Shown here piece after piece: positions 40,719 through 49,657 of a DNA stretch of 64,000 nucleotides; position 1 is the stretch's first letter; each line of letters starts with the position of its first letter. Source of the stretch: Burkholderiaceae bacterium (GTDB taxonomy: Bacteria > Pseudomonadota > Gammaproteobacteria > Burkholderiales > Burkholderiaceae_B); the NCBI GenBank assembly GCA_036725985.1, contig DAIMDD010000006.1:107227-171226 (forward strand), in the 5' to 3' direction. The notes below the pieces were generated by a model that saw only the letters and a program-made list of their open reading frames with translations, was not told the origin of the DNA and searched no databases. The translations under genes were made by a program, and so were the position numbers.

Positions 40719-42095
40719 TCAAGCACCCCAGGGGGTGATTGCTTCTTTGAGCTTCTTGTAACCGTCAAGGTAACGAGGACGCGAATCGCCGCCGTAAATC
40801 TTGTCAAAGGTAGCCAGTTGCGCATCGAGCCAGTCGGCCAGTTGCTTGTTACCTGGGTTCGCGGCTTTATAGGCCTCGTTAATCAGGACAAAGTGAATGC
40901 GTGGATCGTAAGGCTGCTTTTCGCCACCAACGGTCTCATCACCATCAAGCAGACGCAGCAACATGGCGTCGGCTGAACCAAGTGTTTGCTCATAAATTGG
41001 AGCGCCATGCAGACGATACATAACGCTGGTCATGTCTTTACCATTGGTCATGGTGAAACCCATTTCCGTCCAGAGCTTTTTCATGTCGACTTTAGCGCCC
41101 GCTGCATCAAGCACCAGTTGACCCCAGTCGCGCAACACGTCAGGTGCATCAGCCATCAAGTCTGTCAGGCGATCGCCGTCCAGATCGGTTGCGTAAACGA
41201 TGCACTTGCGGTGACGGATCATGTCATGCAGCAACAAACCGAAGTTGGTGTCTGAAATGTGTTCGTAAATGTCGCCTTTCCAGTTTTCCATGCCAGCCTT
41301 GAAGTCTGCAGGCAGCAGGGCAACGATTGCGTCAACATTGGCACGCTGCTCTTCGTACGCATCGACTGTGTATTTACGCTTGAGCGTGAATTTTGTGCCT
41401 TGTAACAACCAGCGCATGATGCCGGCGTTGATTGCGTCTTCCTGTGCCTGGGTAGGCTTGGTGGCGACACGACCAATCTGGCCCGTTTCGTTAACCATCT
41501 GCAGGAATAAACGTGCTGCATAAGCCATCCGCACGCCTGGGGTGTTCATCTCTGAGTGGATGTTGCCGGTAGCTGGATCGACTGCGAATTTTTTCTTATC
41601 CTGTGAGTAGGGCAGGCCTGGCATGAAACGGATGCTGGTGATGCCACCATAAGGACGCACGTTGCAATACACGCCAGCCGCAGTACGCAGAGGCGCATTG
41701 GCTGATTTACCATTGACAACGACTTTTTTACCGCCGTCGTTGACCATGAAGTCGCCTGCTGTTGACCATTTCAGAGCTGTGTAATCGAGTTTGCCAAACC
41801 ACTCGAGTGACTTGAGCTTGGAGTCGTGACGGTATTGAGCCATCATCGGGACGCCCAGGAAAGGCAGACCCAGCACATCGAGTGCCATCAGGGTGCCATT
41901 GAGTGCAAACATGTCGGTAAACGCGTGCGCGACGGGTTTGACGCCGCCAGCCGGGTTACCGCCCTCCCAGATGATTGCGTCAGGGCAACCTGTGGGTTTG
42001 ACGTCAGAGCGCTTGTAGGTGCTGTCGAGCAGTTTGAAGAGATCGCCGTTTTGCTCTTCTTGGGCGATTTTCAGCAAATCGAGAAGTTGTGACAT
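40719..42095 (-). CDS. Hypothetical cytoplasmic protein of 458 aa, family not recognised
   Basis: Long uninterrupted ORF with GAGG about 10 nt upstream of the ATG and terminator hairpins downstream. I could not identify a signal peptide, TM segment, P-loop, Rossmann motif or any other familiar signature. Confidence 0.8.
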   Translation of the reverse strand: MSQLLDLLKIAQEEQNGDLFKLLDSTYKRSDVKPTGCPDAIIWEGGNPAGGVKPVAHAFTDMFALNGTLMALDVLGLPFLGVPMMAQYRHDSKLKSLEWFGKLDYTALKWSTAGDFMVNDGGKKVVVNGKSANAPLRTAAGVYCNVRPYGGITSIRFMPGLPYSQDKKKFAVDPATGNIHSEMNTPGVRMAYAARLFLQMVNETGQIGRVATKPTQAQEDAINAGIMRWLLQGTKFTLKRKYTVDAYEEQRANVDAIVALLPADFKAGMENWKGDIYEHISDTNFGLLLHDMIRHRKCIVYATDLDGDRLTDLMADAPDVLRDWGQLVLDAAGAKVDMKKLWTEMGFTMTNGKDMTSVMYRLHGAPIYEQTLGSADAMLLRLLDGDETVGGEKQPYDPRIHFVLINEAYKAANPGNKQLADWLDAQLATFDKIYGGDSRPRYLDGYKKLKEAITPWGA

Positions 42096-42241
42096 GTTTG
42101 GAAAGCCTCAGTTAGGGTGGTTCTTGATTATACCCAAGGGAAAGTACGGGCATCAGAAAGCTTTCTGTTAGCCCGACCCACCGCTATACTCGGCGCATAA
42201 ACGTATGAAAATACAAAAAAGAGATAAAACAACAGGAGACA

Positions 42242-43489
42242 ATGATGGCTAAAAAATTATTTAGTATTTTGGTGTATGCGGCTGTCCTAGGTATGGCGGG
42301 TGCGGCAATGGCAGCGCCTGACGTCAAGATTGGCGCCACGTTCCCTCTTTCCGGTAACTCAGGTAATGCCGGCAAGTCTGCGATGGCCGCAATCGAGATC
42401 GCAGCAGAAATCATCAATAACCCGCATCCCGGTTTTGAAGCACTGCCACTGGGCGCCGGTAAAGGCTTGACAAATCTGGGTGGAGCCAAGATTAAAGTCA
42501 TCCCTGCTGACCACCAGGGTAACCCGAGCGAAGGTCAGAGCCAGACTTTGCGTTTAATTACGCAAGAGAAGGTTGCTGGCATTGTAGGGAGTTACCAGTC
42601 CGCAGTAGCCGTGACCTCCACGGCAACGGCTGAGCGCTATGGTGTGCCTTTCGTCGTGGGGGATTCGGTCGCCGCAAACATTACAACGCGCGGTTTCAAA
42701 TGGACTTTCCGCACTACGCCAGTCGCGAGTGATTTTGCCAACCTCTACATGGTGTTTCTCAACGAGCTTAAAAGTAAAGGTCAGCCCATCAATAGCGTAG
42801 CAGTAGTGTTTGAAAACACTGATTACGGTGTTTCGGTCGCCGGTACCGTTCGTGAGGCAGCGAAAGCTAAAGGTTTTAATGTTGTTGCCGACATCGCCTA
42901 CAACGCCAATGGTGCAGACGTCTCGGCTCAGGTGCTGCAACTGAAAGATAAAAATCCTGATGCGGTGATTTTTATTTCCTATACATCGGACGCGATTTTG
43001 TACATGAAGACTTTCAAGAGTCTCGATTACATGCCCAAAATTGTGATTGGCGATAACTCCGGCTTCTCTGATCCGGCCTTTATCAAGGCTGTGGGTGAAT
43101 TGGCTCAAGGCTCCTTTAACCGCAGTGCCTGGGGTGTGGGACCGAAAGACAGTGTGACCTGGCGCATTAACGAAATGTATAAAGCCAAGACTGGCCAGGA
43201 TATGGACGATACCTCCGGTCGTGATATGCAGGCTTTCTTTGTCCTGGCCGATGCGATCAACCGCGCGGGTTCGACCAAACCCGAGGCCGTGCAAGCGGCT
43301 TTGCAGAAAACTGACTTGAAAGCCGACCAGCTCATGATGGGCTACCAGGGCGTGAAATTTGATGCAACGGGTCAAAACATTCTGGCTTCAGCCTACATGA
43401 TCCAGTTGATCGGTAATAACTACATCCCTGTTTATCCTGAAAGCGCAGCACAGGCCAAGCCTGTCGTGCCCTTCAAAGGCTGGAAATAA
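42242..43489 (+). CDS. ABC transporter substrate-binding protein, LivK/branched-chain amino-acid (type I PBP) family
   Basis: Signal peptide ending AMAA and the IGATFPLSG start typical of the Leu/Ile/Val-binding family. AGGAG Shine-Dalgarno. Confidence 0.9.
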   Translation: MMAKKLFSILVYAAVLGMAGAAMAAPDVKIGATFPLSGNSGNAGKSAMAAIEIAAEIINNPHPGFEALPLGAGKGLTNLGGAKIKVIPADHQGNPSEGQSQTLRLITQEKVAGIVGSYQSAVAVTSTATAERYGVPFVVGDSVAANITTRGFKWTFRTTPVASDFANLYMVFLNELKSKGQPINSVAVVFENTDYGVSVAGTVREAAKAKGFNVVADIAYNANGADVSAQVLQLKDKNPDAVIFISYTSDAILYMKTFKSLDYMPKIVIGDNSGFSDPAFIKAVGELAQGSFNRSAWGVGPKDSVTWRINEMYKAKTGQDMDDTSGRDMQAFFVLADAINRAGSTKPEAVQAALQKTDLKADQLMMGYQGVKFDATGQNILASAYMIQLIGNNYIPVYPESAAQAKPVVPFKGWK

Positions 43490-43570
43490 GCCATTGCGTA
43501 ATACGGTTCAGGCGCCAGGCTGGCTCGGTCTGAACCGTTCGTCCCTTCACTAAACGGAAACTATTTCGCG

Positions 43571-44428
43571 ATGGTTCTTTTACAAGTCATCGTTGCGGGC
43601 CTGTTGATTGGCGCCGTCTACGCACTGTTTTCTTCCGGACTTACCCTGGTCTGGGGCATGATGAACGTCATCAATTTCGCCCACGGCGAATTTGTCATGC
43701 TCGGTATGTATGTGAGCTTCTGGACCTTCACCCTGCTGCATTTCGGTGTCGCCAGTTTTAGTGTCGCTGCTGCGGTCATGCTGTTTATCCTGGGCATTCT
43801 TGTCTATCTGTCGCTGATCAAACATGTCATGCGTGGCCCAATGCTGGCTCAGATCCTGTCTACCTTCGGTTTGCTGCTGGTCTTACGCTATTCGGCCTTC
43901 TGGGCGTTTGGTTCTACTTTTGTCAGCCTGCCCGAAAATATCCTTGGTCCGAGTTTGAATGTTGGCGGGATTTTGCTCAGTGCGCCGAAAGTTGTCGCTG
44001 GACTGGCAGCACTGGCGATTACGCTTGGGATGCATTTGCTGCTGACGCGCACTATGCTGGGTAGTCAGATTCTCGCCGTGGCAGAGAATCGTAATGCCGC
44101 AATGCTCATGGGTATCAAGCCAGACCGTATGCAGGCTATAGCCTGGGGCTTATCGGGCGCGAGCGCCGGTATTGCCGGAGCCTTGATCGCTACTTTCTTT
44201 CCGATTTCAGCCACGGTTGGCGAGTCGCTCGGTCTGATCGCTTTTGTGGTCGTCACGTTTGGTGGTTTTGGCAGTGTGCCAGGTGCGATGGTTGCCGGAC
44301 TGATCATTGGTTTGATTGAGTCGTTATCAGCCTTTTATTTCGGACCGGTCTATCAAGATGTGTTTGTCTACGCACTGTTTGTTCTGGTTCTGTGGGTCCG
44401 TCCCCGTGGACTGATGGGGAAAGCCTGA
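43571..44428 (+). CDS. Branched-chain amino-acid ABC transporter permease (LivH-like)
   Basis: Polytopic LivH-type sequence (VNFAHGEFVMLG). Confidence 0.9.
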   Translation: MVLLQVIVAGLLIGAVYALFSSGLTLVWGMMNVINFAHGEFVMLGMYVSFWTFTLLHFGVASFSVAAAVMLFILGILVYLSLIKHVMRGPMLAQILSTFGLLLVLRYSAFWAFGSTFVSLPENILGPSLNVGGILLSAPKVVAGLAALAITLGMHLLLTRTMLGSQILAVAENRNAAMLMGIKPDRMQAIAWGLSGASAGIAGALIATFFPISATVGESLGLIAFVVVTFGGFGSVPGAMVAGLIIGLIESLSAFYFGPVYQDVFVYALFVLVLWVRPRGLMGKA

Positions 44429-45438
44429 TGAAACGCACTGGTTGGATAGCGCTTGCGCTGGCTCTTGTTATTTTTCCCTTGAGCTTTGACGATCCTTATT
44501 ACGAACAGTTGGGCTCGCTGGTACTGCTCGCGGCGATTTCCGCTTCGGCCTGGAATCTGATCGGTGGTTACGCTGGTCAGGTGTCAGTGGGTAATGCGAT
44601 CTTTTTCGGCGCAGGGGCCTATATGCCCCTATTGTTTTACAAACTCTGGATGGTCAGCCCATTGTTTGGCTTTCCTGCGGGTATTGCCGTCAGTATCGTG
44701 ATCGCTGTGATTATTGGTATTCCAACCTTCAGACTAAGCGGTCATTATTTCAGCATGGCGACCATCGCCGTCGCTGAGCTGATCCGGATTGTCGTGAGTA
44801 ACTGGGATTTTCTCGGTGCTTCGATCGGTCTGACAGGACCTGCGGTTGCACGCGACTGGTCAGATCTGATTTTCAGAAGTTCAACGCCTTACTACTATAT
44901 GTTTTTGGCGGTCCTGGCGTTGCTCCTGTACATTACTTACCGGATTGAGCGCAGCAGGTTTGGTTATCACCTTCGGGCAATTCGCTCTGGTGAACGCGCC
45001 GCCCGCAGTCTTGGTGTGCCTGTTAGCCGTTGCAAGCTTTATATCTTTATGCTGAGCGCAACATTCACCTCGCTGGCGGGTTCGCTGTATGTCGCCAAAT
45101 TTGGTTTTGTTGATCCAGCAAGCGGTTTTGGCACCCTGGTCTCGGTCAATATGGTCATTATCGCTGCCTTTGGTGGGGCCGGAAGACTGCTTGGACCGCT
45201 GTTAGGTGCTGTGATTCTGATCCCGCTGCAGTCCGAGGCAAACTCGTTTTTCGGAGGCGGCGGCACAGGCCTGACCTACATTATTTATGGCGCAATCATT
45301 TTGTTGATTGCACGCTACGAACCGGGCGGACTACTCGAGATGTGGGATCGCTTTCGTGAGCGTCGACTCTCGCGTCGCAACAAGGCACTCGAGCAGTTAA
45401 GCACCGAATCCAAAGTACAGAATTCTTCGGCAGGCTAA
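44428..45438 (+). CDS. Branched-chain amino-acid ABC transporter permease (LivM-like)
   Basis: Polytopic LivM-type sequence (GYAGQVSVGNAIFFG). The ATG overlaps the livH-like stop (TGATG). Confidence 0.9.
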   Translation: MKRTGWIALALALVIFPLSFDDPYYEQLGSLVLLAAISASAWNLIGGYAGQVSVGNAIFFGAGAYMPLLFYKLWMVSPLFGFPAGIAVSIVIAVIIGIPTFRLSGHYFSMATIAVAELIRIVVSNWDFLGASIGLTGPAVARDWSDLIFRSSTPYYYMFLAVLALLLYITYRIERSRFGYHLRAIRSGERAARSLGVPVSRCKLYIFMLSATFTSLAGSLYVAKFGFVDPASGFGTLVSVNMVIIAAFGGAGRLLGPLLGAVILIPLQSEANSFFGGGGTGLTYIIYGAIILLIARYEPGGLLEMWDRFRERRLSRRNKALEQLSTESKVQNSSAG

Positions 45439-45440
45439 CC

Positions 45441-46178
45441 ATGTTGCTTAAAGCAGAAAATGTCTCGATGCAGTTTGGTGGCTTTCGCGCTGTTTCCAGT
45501 GCATCGCTTGAAATTCAGCAAGGTGAAATCATTGGTCTGATTGGCCCAAACGGTGCTGGAAAATCCACCTTCTTTAATTGTCTGGTGGGCGATTTGCGCC
45601 CGACTGAAGGCCGTGTCTGGTTTGATGGTCACGAGGTCACGCAGGCGTCACCTGAAGAGCATGCCAAGCTTGGAATGGGTCGGACTTTCCAGTTGCCCGC
45701 TACGTTTGAAGACCTGTCCATTCTTGATAATGTGATGGTGGGAGCGTTTTTGCGTCACCCGCGTGTCAGTGATGCGCTTGAGGCGTCGCATCGTGTGCTG
45801 GAGTTAACCGGGCTATCAGAGATTTCACAGCAAAAAGCTAAAACGCTTGGGACGCCCGGGCGTAAACGCCTGGAGATTGCCCGCGTGTTGGCAACAGAGC
45901 CAAAACTCATGTTGCTTGACGAGGCCTTGGCGGGCTTGACGCCAGTTGAAGTAAGACGCGCGATTGAACTCGTCAGAAAAATTCACCAGTCTGGTATCAC
46001 GCTAGTGATTGTTGAACACATTATGGAAGTGATTTTGTCACTGACCGATCGGGTGCTTGTTTTTAATCAAGGCAAAGTGATTGCCAGTGGTAAACCTTCT
46101 GATGTGGTGAATGATCCCGCGGTGGTCGAGGCTTATCTTGGCCGTTCATTATCCAGACAGAAAGGCCGTGCAGCATGA
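45441..46178 (+). CDS. ABC transporter ATP-binding protein (LivG-like)
   Basis: Walker A GPNGAGKST and Walker B LMLLDE. Confidence 0.9.
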   Translation: MLLKAENVSMQFGGFRAVSSASLEIQQGEIIGLIGPNGAGKSTFFNCLVGDLRPTEGRVWFDGHEVTQASPEEHAKLGMGRTFQLPATFEDLSILDNVMVGAFLRHPRVSDALEASHRVLELTGLSEISQQKAKTLGTPGRKRLEIARVLATEPKLMLLDEALAGLTPVEVRRAIELVRKIHQSGITLVIVEHIMEVILSLTDRVLVFNQGKVIASGKPSDVVNDPAVVEAYLGRSLSRQKGRAA

Positions 46179-46918
46179 GTTCCATGTCCAACCATTTAAA
46201 AGTCGAGCATCTAGAGGTCCGCTACGGTGACCTGGTAGGTATTGCGGACGTCTCGATTGAAGTGCAAATGGGTTCAATTGTTGCCCTGCTTGGCTCCAAC
46301 GGTGCGGGTAAAACCACAACCCTGAACGCCATCGCTGGACTCGTGCCATCCTCACAAGGCTCGATTCAATGGCAAGGTGAAAATATCGCTTCGCAACCCG
46401 CCTACTCGATTGTGCGCAAAGGTATCGCGCTAGCCCCGGAGGGTTGGCATTTGTTTACTCAACAAACAGTAGAGCAAAACCTGATGCTGGGGACGACCTC
46501 GCTGGCAGATAAAAAACGAATTCCAGAATTGCTTGAACAGGTCTTTAGTTACTTCCCACGCCTAAAGGAGCGTCGGCGCCAACGGGCAGGGACGTTGTCG
46601 GGCGGTGAGCGTCAGATGCTGGCCGTAGGCCGTGCGTTAATGAGCGCGCCTAAAATTTTGCTGCTTGATGAACCCAGCCTCGGACTTGCGCCAGCGATTG
46701 TCGAGACCATGTATGAGACGCTCAGTGAATTGCATCAGGCGGGCCTGACCCTGCTCATTGCAGAGCAGTCGGTGCAGCTTGCCCTGGAAGTCGCAGATTA
46801 CGCCTATGTTTTACAAACGGGTAAAACGGTTCTTGAAGGAACGGCCGAGGCACTTTCCAATGATGAACAAGTGCGCCAGATTTATCTCGGAATTACCGAT
46901 GCAACGCAACAGGGTTAA
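46175..46918 (+). CDS. ABC transporter ATP-binding protein (LivF-like)
   Basis: Walker A GSNGAGKTT, signature LSGGE and Walker B LLLLDE. Its start overlaps the upstream stop. Confidence 0.9.
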   Translation: MSSMSNHLKVEHLEVRYGDLVGIADVSIEVQMGSIVALLGSNGAGKTTTLNAIAGLVPSSQGSIQWQGENIASQPAYSIVRKGIALAPEGWHLFTQQTVEQNLMLGTTSLADKKRIPELLEQVFSYFPRLKERRRQRAGTLSGGERQMLAVGRALMSAPKILLLDEPSLGLAPAIVETMYETLSELHQAGLTLLIAEQSVQLALEVADYAYVLQTGKTVLEGTAEALSNDEQVRQIYLGITDATQQG

Positions 46919-46948
46919 GGACTGATGCCAAGCTGCGCCCAGCGCCGA

Positions 46949-47749
46949 TTATTGTGCAGTCATCGCAGCGGCTGGGAACCTTTGGGCGAAAATTTCGCGC
47001 CACGGTGCCTCACGCTGCATGAGTGCGCTGAGCGAAGCAGCATCAAAAAACTGACCGGACTCCATTTGATTGAGCTGCCAGGTCATGCAGAAATTCGAAG
47101 AAATCGCGGGTATACCCAGATCGGTTAAGGCCATGATTGGGCCAAGTGTAGGCATGCCGGCGCCAGCGAGCAGAATAATGTCGGGCTTCAGAGGGATCAG
47201 GCGTTTAGCGGCTTCGAACACGGCGAGATTGCGCAGCGTATAAATATTATGAAAACCACCAACCTGGGTGGGAGATTCGATCCCGACGAGTTCCACGCCT
47301 GCGCGTTTCCAGTAAGCGGCGCTCATATCTGTGAGCCACTGCGGGTAGGGGCTAACTAAGCCGATACGTTTTGCACCGAGCGTCTGAAACGAGCGCCTGA
47401 TAGCTTGGCCTGCAGAGACGATCGGGTAACCGTATTTTTTACCGAGTTGCTCAAAATAAGCATCCTCCTCGTCCGGTGACCAGTGATAGGTCGATCCCGT
47501 AATAAGAAAGCCAAGACCTGAAAGTGGTGCATTGGCAAAAGTGTCGATAAATCCTTCGATGCCCTTGAGAAAATCGACCAGGCGATCACGCAGTTCCGGC
47601 TGAGGGCTGGTCAGACGTCCCGTCAGCAACGCGATGTCGCGACCAAGCATGGCCTGAACCTCAGGCTCGGCCGTTGTGTTGGCTTGTGGCACAAGCAAGC
47701 CCAAAGTCCCGCGTGCACCATATTCGACTTCATTATTCATAACAGCCAT
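46949..47749 (-). CDS. Asp/Glu/hydantoin-racemase superfamily protein (maleate isomerase / arylmalonate decarboxylase-like)
   Basis: N-terminal LLVPQANTTAEPE matches the IVPSSNTTxExE motif of maleate isomerases as I remember it, and the length fits. The start (47749 or 47740) is uncertain and has no clear Shine-Dalgarno. Confidence 0.7.
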   Translation of the reverse strand: MAVMNNEVEYGARGTLGLLVPQANTTAEPEVQAMLGRDIALLTGRLTSPQPELRDRLVDFLKGIEGFIDTFANAPLSGLGFLITGSTYHWSPDEEDAYFEQLGKKYGYPIVSAGQAIRRSFQTLGAKRIGLVSPYPQWLTDMSAAYWKRAGVELVGIESPTQVGGFHNIYTLRNLAVFEAAKRLIPLKPDIILLAGAGMPTLGPIMALTDLGIPAISSNFCMTWQLNQMESGQFFDAASLSALMQREAPWREIFAQRFPAAAMTAQ

Positions 47750-47763
47750 GCTAGCATTTTGAT

Positions 47764-48747
47764 ATGAAAAAAACTCTAAAAATAACATATCAATTTTTCT
47801 TGATCCTGAGCGTTGTCGCGGCCTTTGTGCCCGACTTTGCATACGCTCAGACTTGGCCTGAAAAACCTATCCGACTGATCAACCCCTTTGCACCAGGTGG
47901 TTTTGGTGACACGGTCGCCCGTCCACTGCTCGATCGGCTTGCGCAAAATCTGGGCCAGTCAATCATCGTAGAAAGTCACGGAGGTGCGAACGGCACACTC
48001 GCCTCCAATGTTGTCGCGCGCGCGCCTGCGGATGGCTATACCTTGTTGCTGGCAAACCTGGGTCCGATTGCTATCAGTCCGGCCTTGCAACCTGCTACAA
48101 CGCTAGACCCTCTTAAAAATTTTGTAGCAATTACACAATTAGTTTCCGGACCACTCATCCTGCTGGTGCATCCTGATGTACCAGCGAAAAATTTAGATGA
48201 GCTGCTTGCACTTGCCCTAAAAAATCCTGGCAAACTGTCCTATGGATCGGTTGGTGCTGGGAGCACCACGCATTTGGCGGGTGAGTTATTGAGTCAGCGC
48301 GCCGGAATCGACTGGCTGCATGTGCCTTACAAAGGTGCGGCACCTGTCATGACCAATTTGCTAGGCAAGCAAATTGATGCGGGTATTGTCAATATTTCAC
48401 TGGCTAAATCCTACGTCGAAACTGGGCGTCTAAAGCCTATCGCGGTTACAACACTAAAACGCTCTGCTGTGATGCCAGAGGTTCCTGCTATTGCAGAGAG
48501 GATCCCTGGTTTTGAGGTGAATCCCTGGTGGGGCTTGATGGCTCCGATCGGAACTCCTCACGCGATTATTCAACGTATCCAGGATGAAACGATGCGACTG
48601 ATCGCGCTGCCTGAAGTTGCAGAGCGTTTTCGTCAATCAGGCCTTGAGCCTGAGGGCACGACCGCCGAAGCCTTTGAGGCAAGAATTCGCAGTGACTTAA
48701 AGCAGTGGCAAGATTTGGCGAAAACCAACAAAATCGTGATGGATTGA
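47764..48747 (+). CDS. Bug-family (TctC-like) substrate-binding protein
   Basis: Signal peptide ending AYAQ, with the ESHGGANGTLA and GYTLLL motifs. Confidence 0.85.
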   Translation: MKKTLKITYQFFLILSVVAAFVPDFAYAQTWPEKPIRLINPFAPGGFGDTVARPLLDRLAQNLGQSIIVESHGGANGTLASNVVARAPADGYTLLLANLGPIAISPALQPATTLDPLKNFVAITQLVSGPLILLVHPDVPAKNLDELLALALKNPGKLSYGSVGAGSTTHLAGELLSQRAGIDWLHVPYKGAAPVMTNLLGKQIDAGIVNISLAKSYVETGRLKPIAVTTLKRSAVMPEVPAIAERIPGFEVNPWWGLMAPIGTPHAIIQRIQDETMRLIALPEVAERFRQSGLEPEGTTAEAFEARIRSDLKQWQDLAKTNKIVMD

Positions 48748-48774
48748 TTTTGTTGGTTTGCTTAACCCTTGAGC

Positions 48775-49656
48775 TTATTTAATCCCCGTAATCGAAGCAG
48801 CCATCGCACGAGGGTCGCGCAATGGCCAGCGGCCACTGCTTGCATAACTGATAAAGTTCTCGACGATACGGTTAAATTCACCGCTGGCTTCGAGGTTCAT
48901 GGTGTGGCCACAGTTCGGAATGATGGCAAGTGCCGCGCTAGGGATCGTTTCCTTGAGCATGAGACCGGGTTTCAGGCAAGGCCAGTCTTCATCACCATTG
49001 AGGATGAGGGTGGGTACGGTCAGTTTGGCAAGTTGCTCCGTAAGGTTGTAAAGTGAAGGACGTTCACGCTGAACGCCGAGTTGGGTGTTGGCAGAACCCA
49101 AAGCAGAGTGCTTGGCAAAATCTCTTTTGAACTCAGCAAAACCTTTTGGATCGGAGCGTTCAAAGGGGATACGTGTTGGTCCGTGCGCGTAGGTATCGAC
49201 AAAGGCTTGCATACCTTGTGTGAGCAGCAGGTTGGCACTGTACTCTGCTTCTTCACGGAATTTGTCTCGCTGATTGAGTTCTGCACCATAGCCGCAACCC
49301 GCGACGCATAAAGACAGTGCACGGTCGGCATGCTGTAAGCCAAAATGCAGCGTAGCAAAACCTCCCATCGAGAGTCCGACAATATGCGCACGTTCAATTT
49401 TCAAATGATCCATCACCGCCAGAATGTCGGCGACTGCGCGATTCTGTGAATACGAAGTATGCAGCGGGGGAACGGTGGAGGGCGGATAGCCGCGCGCATT
49501 AAAGGTAATGACCTGGTGCTGGCGGGAGAAATGTCGCACCTGGGGCTCCCAGCTATTCATGGTCGCAGCGAACTCATGCACAAAAACAATTGGCGCACCA
49601 GTGCCTGTGACTTCATAGCAAAGTTCTACACCGTCATCTGTGGTTACAAAAGGCAT
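48775..49656 (-). CDS. Alpha/beta-fold hydrolase (3-oxoadipate enol-lactonase-like)
   Basis: VFVHEF oxyanion region, nucleophile elbow GLSMGG and a C-terminal His (CGH). The ATG lies 1 nt after the upstream stop. Confidence 0.85.
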   Translation of the reverse strand: MPFVTTDDGVELCYEVTGTGAPIVFVHEFAATMNSWEPQVRHFSRQHQVITFNARGYPPSTVPPLHTSYSQNRAVADILAVMDHLKIERAHIVGLSMGGFATLHFGLQHADRALSLCVAGCGYGAELNQRDKFREEAEYSANLLLTQGMQAFVDTYAHGPTRIPFERSDPKGFAEFKRDFAKHSALGSANTQLGVQRERPSLYNLTEQLAKLTVPTLILNGDEDWPCLKPGLMLKETIPSAALAIIPNCGHTMNLEASGEFNRIVENFISYASSGRWPLRDPRAMAASITGIK

Positions 49657-49657
49657 A

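Noticed and set aside
42554-43375. A 273-aa ORF on the minus strand inside the LivK-like gene. Similar long antisense or out-of-frame ORFs occur at 33152-33700, 16762-17406, 52308-53018, 17743-18210 and elsewhere.
   Set aside because: They lie entirely within confidently identified genes on the opposite strand or in another frame. They have biased, low-complexity composition (rich in R, H, C and G) and no recognisable motifs. These are typical shadow ORFs of moderately GC-rich DNA.
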